Positions 57,848 through 64,000 of a DNA stretch of 64,000 nucleotides are shown here, one piece after another (the stretch's first letter is position 1; every line of letters starts with the position of its first letter). Where the stretch lies: contig UQKV01000005.1 in assembly GCA_900541665.1 (NCBI GenBank), positions 962-64,961 of the forward strand, read 5' to 3'. The position numbers and the translations under genes were made by a program. The notes under the pieces were generated by a model that was not told where the DNA came from, ran no database searches, and was given only the letters and a program-made list of their open reading frames with translations. This DNA is from an uncultured Collinsella sp. Lineage in GTDB: Bacteria; Actinomycetota; Coriobacteriia; Coriobacteriales; Coriobacteriaceae.

Positions 57848-59230
57848 TTAGCGGGCTGTCGCTTTGGCTTGGGTGGCGCGATAGGTGCGTGCCGGGTGGC
57901 AAAGTAGTACCGCCACGACCATAAAGAACGCCGTGGTGCCCAGGCTGATGGGGTAGACCATCATGATGTTCGCAAAGGTGCGGAAGTGCGGGAACACACA
58001 GAACACCCAATAGAAGCGGATGCCGCAGACGCAGATCATGGTGATGAGGGCGGGCGTGAGCGAGATACCAAAGCCGCGCAGGTAGCCTGACATGTTTTCG
58101 TAGAACATGCTAAAGGCGTACGCCGGAAAGATTGAGCACACGCGGATATAGCCGATCGAGACGATGTTGGGATCGCTGTTAAAGAGCGACAAGATCTCGC
58201 GCCCTAGGCCGACAATAACGATGATCGTGGTGAGTGCAACGATACCGCCTTCGACCAGGCAGACCTTGAGCGTCTTGGTGCAGCGGTCGATCTGGCGGGC
58301 GCCGTGATTTTGTCCTACAAAGGTGGTGCAAGCCTGGCTAAAGCTGTTGAGCAGGTTGTAGCACACGTACTCCAGGCTCATGGCGGCGCTCGAAGCCGCC
58401 ATGACCTCGGTGCCCAGGCTGTTGATGGCAGACTGGATGATGATGTTGGCGACGGCAAAGACGGCGCTTTGGATGCCGGCGGGCAGGCCGATCTTGACGA
58501 TGCGCTTGAGGGCGACGGGGTCGATAGCCAGGTCGCGTAGGGTGACGCGGACGACGGAGTCGGTCTTGAGCAGGCGGATGAAGAGCGTAGCGGCGCTGAC
58601 GGTGTAGGCGATGGCGGTGGCGATGGCGACGCCCGCGACGCCCCAGTGGAGTACGGGGACAAAGATGAGGTCCAGGCCAATGTTGAGGACGGTGGACACG
58701 GCAAGCGCCTGCAGCGGCATGCGAGTGATGCCGACGGAGCGGAAGATCGCGGCCTCAAAGTTGTAGAGCAAGATCGAGGGCAGGCTGAGCAAAAAGACGC
58801 GCAGGTAGAGCGAAGCGAGCGGCATGGTTTCGGCGGGAACGTTGAGCGCGGCGAGCATGGGCTCGGCAAAGATCTCGCCCAGAGCGATGACGACAAAGCC
58901 CACGAGCGCCATTAAAATCGAGGTATGGACGGCGCGTTTGACCATGTTCTGATCGTTGCGGCCGATAGCGTTGGCGATGACCACGTTGGAGCCAAGCGAC
59001 ATGCCGATAAACAGGTTGAGCATAAGACTGGTAAGCGGAACATTGGAGCCGACCGCCGCCATGGCGAGGGTTCCCTGGTCGCCCGAGAAGTTACCGATAA
59101 TGACCGTGGCGATGAGGTTCGACAGCTGCTCCAAGATGCTCGTGGCGGCCACGGGGAAGGCGAACAGGGGAATATTGCGCCACAGCGATCCGGTGGTCAT
59201 GTCAATATGCTTAGATACGGTATCAGCCAT
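57848..59230 (-). CDS. MATE-family efflux transporter
   Basis: It is a 12-TM protein with MATE repeats. Confidence 0.85.
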   Translation of the reverse strand: MADTVSKHIDMTTGSLWRNIPLFAFPVAATSILEQLSNLIATVIIGNFSGDQGTLAMAAVGSNVPLTSLMLNLFIGMSLGSNVVIANAIGRNDQNMVKRAVHTSILMALVGFVVIALGEIFAEPMLAALNVPAETMPLASLYLRVFLLSLPSILLYNFEAAIFRSVGITRMPLQALAVSTVLNIGLDLIFVPVLHWGVAGVAIATAIAYTVSAATLFIRLLKTDSVVRVTLRDLAIDPVALKRIVKIGLPAGIQSAVFAVANIIIQSAINSLGTEVMAASSAAMSLEYVCYNLLNSFSQACTTFVGQNHGARQIDRCTKTLKVCLVEGGIVALTTIIVIVGLGREILSLFNSDPNIVSIGYIRVCSIFPAYAFSMFYENMSGYLRGFGISLTPALITMICVCGIRFYWVFCVFPHFRTFANIMMVYPISLGTTAFFMVVAVLLCHPARTYRATQAKATAR

Positions 59231-59293
59231 ACGCTCTCAATCTCTAATATGCTCTTTCGTGCTTATTTGCGCAGATGATGATACTCCTAATCG

Positions 59294-59352
59294 ACTAGTC
59301 ATTGGGGACGTTCTAAAACGATTACTCATTCAAGAGCGTCCCCAATGACTAG
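59294..59352. repeat. palindromic repeat family unit (forward + inverted copy)
   Basis: ctagtcattggggacgttct ... agagcgtccccaatgactag. Confidence 0.85.
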
Positions 59353-59408
59353 ACGGGGAAGGCGTGCGACAATGGTGGGCGTTGTGTTGTTCGCGCTAAG
59401 GAGTTGCC

Positions 59409-60224
59409 ATGTTGTTGTGTCCCGTTTGCCATGAGCCGTTGGTGGACAATGAGCGTGGGGCCGCATGCGCGGGCGGACACCGGTTTGACCGTGCGCGCGA
59501 GGGCTATCTATATCTGCTGCGCTCGTCCAAGAGCGGCGACTCCATGGGCGATCCCAAGTCGCAGGCACGCAGCCGTCGTGACTTTCTGAACCGTGGATAC
59601 TACGCGCCGTTGCGCGATGCGATGGTCGAGCTGGTGCGCAAGCAGGTGTCTGGGCGTGCTGCGTCTATGAGCGGCCCCATGACGCTGCTCGATATTTGCT
59701 GCGGCGAGGGCTATTACACCAGCGCCATGGGCGCGGTGCCGGGCGTGGATGCTTACGGTTTCGACCTGGGCAAAGAGATGGTGCGTCTGGCCGCCAAGCG
59801 CGGCGATGCGACCTACTTCGTGGCCAACATGAAGGACATCCCTGTGGCCGATGGCGCCTTCGATATGGTGACCGAGCTCTTTGCTCCCTTTAACGAGCGC
59901 GAGTTTGCCCGCGTGCTGGCGCCCGAGGGCTCGCTCTACACCGTGGTGCCGGGCGCCCGTCATCTCTTTGGGCTTAAGGAGGTGCTCTACGACACACCGT
60001 ACCTTAACGATGAGAAGCTGCCGCAGGCCACCGAGCTCGAGTTAGTCGGAACGCAGCGGGTGTCTGCGAGAATTACGCTTCAGACCCAGGCCGACATCGA
60101 GGCGGTGTTCCAGATGACGCCGTACTACTACCGCACGCGCCCTGTCGACAAAGAGCGCCTGGCAAACCTGGATACCCTTCAAACCGACATCGACTTCATC
60201 ATCGCCGAGTACCGCCACTGCTAA
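59409..60224 (+). CDS. rlmA: 23S rRNA (guanine-N1)-methyltransferase RlmA-family
   Basis: The N-terminal zinc ribbon (CPVCH...CAGGH) is followed by the SAM methyltransferase fold (LDICCGEGYY). Confidence 0.75.
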   Translation: MLLCPVCHEPLVDNERGAACAGGHRFDRAREGYLYLLRSSKSGDSMGDPKSQARSRRDFLNRGYYAPLRDAMVELVRKQVSGRAASMSGPMTLLDICCGEGYYTSAMGAVPGVDAYGFDLGKEMVRLAAKRGDATYFVANMKDIPVADGAFDMVTELFAPFNEREFARVLAPEGSLYTVVPGARHLFGLKEVLYDTPYLNDEKLPQATELELVGTQRVSARITLQTQADIEAVFQMTPYYYRTRPVDKERLANLDTLQTDIDFIIAEYRHC

Positions 60225-60316
60225 AAACCTGCCAAAAAAGGACAGGTTTATTTTGGCAGGTTTTATCTGGGCAAACGTAAAGGGCCGACCGCGGAAATGC
60301 GCGATCGGCCCTTTTT
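60224..60316 (+). terminator. two consecutive rho-independent terminator hairpins
   Basis: The first is aaaacctgccaaaa...ttttggcaggtttt followed by TAT. The second is gggccgaccgcgg-aaatgc-gcgatcggccc followed by TTTTT. Confidence 0.7.
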
Positions 60317-60352
60317 AGTTGCTTGGCTGCAGAGGTTATGAGAAGCGAGCGC

Positions 60353-60754
60353 TTATAGGCGGTCCTTGTTCTCGGCCTTAACGGCGTGTGCCTGCTGAAC
60401 AAAGAACAGGTCGTACACCACGATGACAAAGGCGCCAAAGTTGATGGCGTCGCCGCCAAACGCGGGAAGCGTGAGCACCGCTTGGGCAAGCGTGGCGACC
60501 GCGGCAACAATACCGAGCTTAAACGCGCCGTCCACCTGCGAAGGCTTGTTGGCGCCCTTGATACCGGCGACGCCTGCGGCAAGGTCGACGAGACCCTTGG
60601 CGATAAGCACGACCGCTGCGAGCGTGGCGTACGAACCGTACGTGGAATCGAGACCGCCCGTGGCGATACCGACGCCGGCGGTGACGAGGCTGGCGATGCC
60701 CAAAACAAAGTAGATGAGAGCAAGGATTTTGAGAGTCTTGCGAGTGAAGCTCAT
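60353..60754 (-). CDS. hypothetical 4-TM small membrane protein
   Basis: A GAAAGGA RBS precedes the ATG at 60754. The protein is hydrophobic and Gly/Ala-rich. Confidence 0.55.
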   Translation of the reverse strand: MSFTRKTLKILALIYFVLGIASLVTAGVGIATGGLDSTYGSYATLAAVVLIAKGLVDLAAGVAGIKGANKPSQVDGAFKLGIVAAVATLAQAVLTLPAFGGDAINFGAFVIVVYDLFFVQQAHAVKAENKDRL

Positions 60755-61193
60755 GGCTGGTCCTTTCGATACGAGTACGCCAACTTGGCGCACCCAATGT
60801 ACTGCACATATGGTGAAGCACATTGTAGTTCAACGCGGCGATGCATGCGTTTGAAAGCGCATTGAGCCCGCGCTGCCAAACCCAACCTTTCAAAAAGGAA
60901 AGCTGGGCGTAAGTCAAATCGGTGGCAGCGTATGCGCGGCGCTGCGATGATGGGTCCATGGTAAGAGCTGGTCTCAAGGAGGAGCCATGATGTACGGAGC
61001 AGGGCAAGTGCATGAGCCGCGGTCGTTGGGAAGGCGCATGGGTGATTCTGTGATCGCTGCCGTGTGCACGGGATTGATGGCGGTGCTTTGCATTGGGATG
61101 CTGTGGGCCATGTCGCATGTGGGACAATAGCGGACGGTTGGGTGTCGTCATGAACGGCGCTCGCGTATTCGTTTTGCTTGTTAAGGAGTGTCC

Positions 61194-61898
61194 ATGGGCG
61201 TCGCCGATCCCTTTTTTGTTGCTCGGGCCGCGGGGCTTGAGCTGACCGGGAAGTCCGAGGGCCTCACGCTCACCGACGGCACAATGGAGCTGCGTGCCGA
61301 TTTTGGCCGCATGCTTCCACGGCTCAAACAGGGCCGTCTGCAGCAAGAGCTGCTGGTAAAGGCTGCGCGCGCAAAAGGCATCGAGAGCCCATGGGCGATT
61401 GACGCCACGGCAGGCTTTGGCGAGGATTCGCTGCTGCTGGCTGCCGCGGGCTTTACCGTCGATCTATATGAACAGGATTGTGTGATTGCGGCGCTCCTCA
61501 AGGATGCCTTGGATCGCGCGGCAGATGATCCGGCGCTTGCGGCTGCCGCGTCGCGCATGCGCTTACATGCGGGCGAGGACAGCATTGCCGGCCTTCGCCA
61601 TACAGCTGAGCTGATTGGACAGGGCGAGCTTGCCGCTCCCGATGTGGTTTATCTGGATCCCATGTTTCCTGAGCGCACCAAGAGCGCGGCGGTTAAAAAG
61701 AAGTTTCAGCTCCTGCATCATCTGGAGCAGCCGTGTGCTAATGAGGAGACGCTGGTCGAGGCAGCGCTTGCGGTGCATCCGCGCAAGGTCGTTATCAAAC
61801 GACCGGTGAAGGGGCCGCTGCTTGCCGGCGTTAAGCCGAGCTATCAGCTCGCGGGCAAGGCCGTTCGCTACGATGTTTTGGTGCCGCCGCGCCTGTAG
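61194..61898 (+). CDS. class I SAM-dependent methyltransferase, RsmJ-like (16S rRNA m2G1516)
   Basis: IDATAGFGEDSLLLAAAGFTVDLYE...VVYLDPMFP is the SAM_MT RsmJ/DUF548 pattern. Confidence 0.7.
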   Translation: MGVADPFFVARAAGLELTGKSEGLTLTDGTMELRADFGRMLPRLKQGRLQQELLVKAARAKGIESPWAIDATAGFGEDSLLLAAAGFTVDLYEQDCVIAALLKDALDRAADDPALAAAASRMRLHAGEDSIAGLRHTAELIGQGELAAPDVVYLDPMFPERTKSAAVKKKFQLLHHLEQPCANEETLVEAALAVHPRKVVIKRPVKGPLLAGVKPSYQLAGKAVRYDVLVPPRL

Positions 61899-61946
61899 CT
61901 TGTGTGCGATGGTTGGCGCTCCGTCAGTGCCGTGCCGATGCGGACC

Positions 61947-62249
61947 CTATTTCCAAGGGTGCGACGTCAGATGCCAGCCGCCGCAGTACTCGCATTTGTA
62001 GCAGGCTAAACCGCGCCGTCCGCGGTTTTCGCAATCGGCCATAACGGCTTCGGCCTCGGCGCGTGTGTCGTAACGGTTTTTGCGCTCGCACGACTTGTAA
62101 CGCCAGGCTTCTTCGCGCTCGGCGTCCAGGGCGTCGCGGCGCTCGTCCTCACGTGCAAACAGGTCGCTCATATCGCCGCCGGTGGCAGCGCCCAAAAACT
62201 CGCTTTTGGCCTTTGACCAGGAGGCTCGCTTTTTGCTTCCCATCTGCAT
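61947..62249 (-). CDS. hypothetical basic protein with C-terminal CxxC...CxxC zinc-ribbon
   Basis: A GGAGAGGGG RBS is present, and the C-terminus reads CYKCEYCGGWH. Confidence 0.45.
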   Translation of the reverse strand: MQMGSKKRASWSKAKSEFLGAATGGDMSDLFAREDERRDALDAEREEAWRYKSCERKNRYDTRAEAEAVMADCENRGRRGLACYKCEYCGGWHLTSHPWK

Positions 62250-62320
62250 CGCGCCCCTCTCCAAACGTTGGTATCATTGCTCAATCAAAGTGATACCAAT
62301 AAACGTGAGGTCGCCGCGTG

Positions 62321-62809
62321 ATGATCAGAAAAACCCTCGATACCGACATTCCCGCCGTCATGGCTATCTATGACGCCGCCCGCGCCTTTATGCGCGCGCA
62401 TGGCAACGCCACGCAATGGCCTGAGGGCACGCCTTCTGCCGAGCAGCTGGCTGTCGATATCGCCGCCGGTGGCAGCTATGTGTGCGAAGTCGACGGCCGT
62501 GTGGTGGCGACGTTTGCCTTTTTGCCGGGCCCGGACGAGTGCTATGACGTAATTGAGGACGGTCAATGGCGTAGCGACACTCCGTACGCCGTGCTGCACC
62601 GTGTGGCGTCCGACGGCACCGTGCACGGTATCGCGGCCGCGATGTTTGCCTTTGCCAAGGAGCGCGCCGACCACCTGCGTGTCGACACGCACCAAGACAA
62701 CCTGCCCATGCAGGGCGTCATCGCCAAGGCCGGGTTTAAGCGCGCCGGTATCGTATATGTGTCGGACGGTACGCCGCGCGTCGCGTTTGATTGGCTGCGC
62801 GAGGCATAA
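62321..62809 (+). CDS. GNAT-family N-acetyltransferase
   Basis: It has the GNAT fold with acetyl-CoA-binding motif A (RVASDGTVHGIAAAMFAF). Confidence 0.8.
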   Translation: MIRKTLDTDIPAVMAIYDAARAFMRAHGNATQWPEGTPSAEQLAVDIAAGGSYVCEVDGRVVATFAFLPGPDECYDVIEDGQWRSDTPYAVLHRVASDGTVHGIAAAMFAFAKERADHLRVDTHQDNLPMQGVIAKAGFKRAGIVYVSDGTPRVAFDWLREA

Positions 62810-62843
62810 AGGCCGAGTCACATACCAGCGTTTCATCGAAATG

Positions 62844-62871
62844 AAAATGGCCCCGAGTGGGGCCATTTTTG
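62844..62871 (+). terminator. rho-independent terminator
   Basis: aaaatggcccc-gagt-ggggccatttt is followed by T. Confidence 0.8.
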
Positions 62872-63114
62872 GTAAAACGCGTTGTTGTGGGGCTTGCGTT
62901 GTTATCGCCCCAGATGAGCCCGGGCAGACAAAAAGGGGAGGTGCCGGCTTTCGCAAGGCGCGAACCTACGAAAATCGCCGCGCGGCAACGCGGGGCGATG
63001 AGCTCGGTCGGGGGATAGGGCCCGCTTCGCCCGCCGGCCCGTAAATTGTATCATCCAGTGTGGAACGAGGACGCCCGTTGCCGCGTGCGATGGGCTTGTA
63101 ATAAGAGGAGAGCC

Positions 63115-64000
63115 ATGTCGAAGCAGGCAGTCGTTGGAATCTTGGCGCATGTCGATGCCGGCAAGACCACGTTGGCCGAGGCCATGCTGTTCAACGCGGG
63201 TCGCATTCGCAAGCGCGGCCGCGTTGACGATGGCGACTCGCATCTGGATACGAACGAGATCGAGCGTGAGCGCGGTATCACGATTTTCTCGTCGCAGGCT
63301 GTGCTCGACCATGGTGATACCCACGTTATGCTCGTGGACGCTCCCGGCCATGTCGATTTTTCTGCCGAGGCGGAGCGCACGCTGCGTGCCCTGGACTACG
63401 CGATTCTGGTGGTAGGCGCCAACGATGGCGTACAGGGGCACACCGAAACCCTGTGGCGCCTGCTTGCGCGCTATGACATCCCGACGTTCATCTTCATCAA
63501 CAAGATCGATTTGGAGAATCCCGGCCGCGATGTTTTGCTTGCACAGCTTGGGCAGCGTCTTTCCGAGGGCTGCCTGGATGCCAACGAACTGCTGGCGGGC
63601 GGCACCGTTCAGGAGGACGCTGCTGCGTTGGATGAAGCGGCTCTCGAGGAGTTTCTCGAGATGGGTGAGCTTTCCGTCGCGACGCTGTCGCGCATGGTTG
63701 CCGAGCGCAAGCTCTTTCCCTGCTTTGCCGGCTCGGCGCTTAAGGACCAAGGTGTGGACGAGCTGTTGGATGATATATGCGCGCTGATGCGCGAACAGGC
63801 GTGGCTCCCGGAGTTTGCCGCCCGCGTCTATCGCGTCAGCCGCGGGGACCGCGGCGAGCGCTTGGCTTGGGTTAAAGTGACCGGCGGCACGCTGCATGCC
63901 AAGCAGGTGATTGGCGGACGTTCCGGTGCTGAGGCATGGGAGCAAAAGATCGATCAGGTACGCATCTATAACGGCGAGAAATACGAGCTTGCCCAGGAAG
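63115..64000 (+). CDS. translational GTPase of the TetM/TetO-EF-G family (ribosomal-protection-like), 5' partial at window end
   Basis: GILAHVDAGKTTL, DAPGHVDF and FINKID are arranged as in TetM/EF-G. An AAGAGGAGAG RBS is present, and the reading frame continues past 64000. Confidence 0.75.
   Translation, partial: MSKQAVVGILAHVDAGKTTLAEAMLFNAGRIRKRGRVDDGDSHLDTNEIERERGITIFSSQAVLDHGDTHVMLVDAPGHVDFSAEAERTLRALDYAILVVGANDGVQGHTETLWRLLARYDIPTFIFINKIDLENPGRDVLLAQLGQRLSEGCLDANELLAGGTVQEDAAALDEAALEEFLEMGELSVATLSRMVAERKLFPCFAGSALKDQGVDELLDDICALMREQAWLPEFAARVYRVSRGDRGERLAWVKVTGGTLHAKQVIGGRSGAEAWEQKIDQVRIYNGEKYELAQE

Noticed and set aside
62872-63114. 34-codon leader ORF upstream of the GTPase gene
   Set aside because: No RBS precedes it, so it cannot be supported as a leader peptide from sequence alone.
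62902-63945. 347-aa minus-strand ORF
   Set aside because: It is a shadow of the + strand TetM/EF-G-family GTPase gene, whose G-domain motifs are unambiguous.

Overview
This is a high-GC (about 60%) chromosomal segment with Shine-Dalgarno-type ribosome binding sites. I could support about 60 protein-coding genes and found no rRNA, tRNA, CRISPR array, transposase or integrase. By inference only, it fits a Gram-positive Actinobacteria/Coriobacteriia-like anaerobe: a twin-arginine (Tat) signal peptide, an LAxTG sortase-E-type sorting signal, many LuxR/PadR/MerR regulators, and ParE/ParC-type topoisomerase IV.

Gene content in order along the window:
- A decayed AAA_14/DUF4143 ATPase pseudogene.
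- An iron-containing alcohol dehydrogenase, two aldo/keto reductases and a LysR regulator.
- A MerR-controlled operon: a carboxymuconolactone-decarboxylase/cupin fusion, an alpha/beta hydrolase and a flavodoxin-like FMN reductase.
- A low-GC AAA+/winged-helix ATPase preceded by phased tandem repeats.
- A parE-parC-like type IIA topoisomerase pair.
- An autoregulated XRE regulator plus membrane protein pair.
- A 1455-aa Tat-exported, LAxTG-anchored surface protein next to a LuxR regulator.
- PadR-DUF1700, followed by a zone of gene decay: a truncated ABC ATPase, an arginase-fold fragment and an orphan ORF.
- An OmpR-type two-component system beside an unannotated 48-aa CxxC miniprotein, a NapH-like polyferredoxin and a TlpA-like thioredoxin lipoprotein.
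- A MacB-like fused ABC transporter.
- A 185-bp nested-hairpin element.
- A tRNA-dihydrouridine synthase (dus).
- A roughly 2.4-kb cassette bounded by 116-bp direct repeats, carrying an unknown 428-aa gene and a BrnT/BrnA-like toxin-antitoxin pair.
- A glutaredoxin-like protein, an HTH/zinc-ribbon/TipAS regulator, trmO and a MalY/PatB-type C-S lyase.
- Two hybrid histidine kinases with solute-binding-protein sensor domains.
- A 2TM K+ channel, a LOG-family protein and a ClC-like channel.
- A YtrA-type GntR regulator with an ABC exporter.
- prfC, and a candidate preQ1-I riboswitch upstream of a yhhQ-like transporter.
- An SDR oxidoreductase, ung, an EamA transporter, LysR, a MATE transporter, rlmA-like and rsmJ-like methyltransferases, and a GNAT acetyltransferase.
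- A partial TetM/EF-G-family GTPase at the window end.

The most notable signals are these:
- An intergenic palindromic repeat family (core GTCATTGGGGACGTTCT) with at least 11 copies.
- The direct-repeat-bounded toxin-antitoxin cassette with an orphan 428-aa gene of unknown function.
- The 185-bp nested inverted-repeat element.
- Phased TTTTGC/GCAAAA repeats abutting an RBS.
- The small CxxC protein missing from the ORF track.
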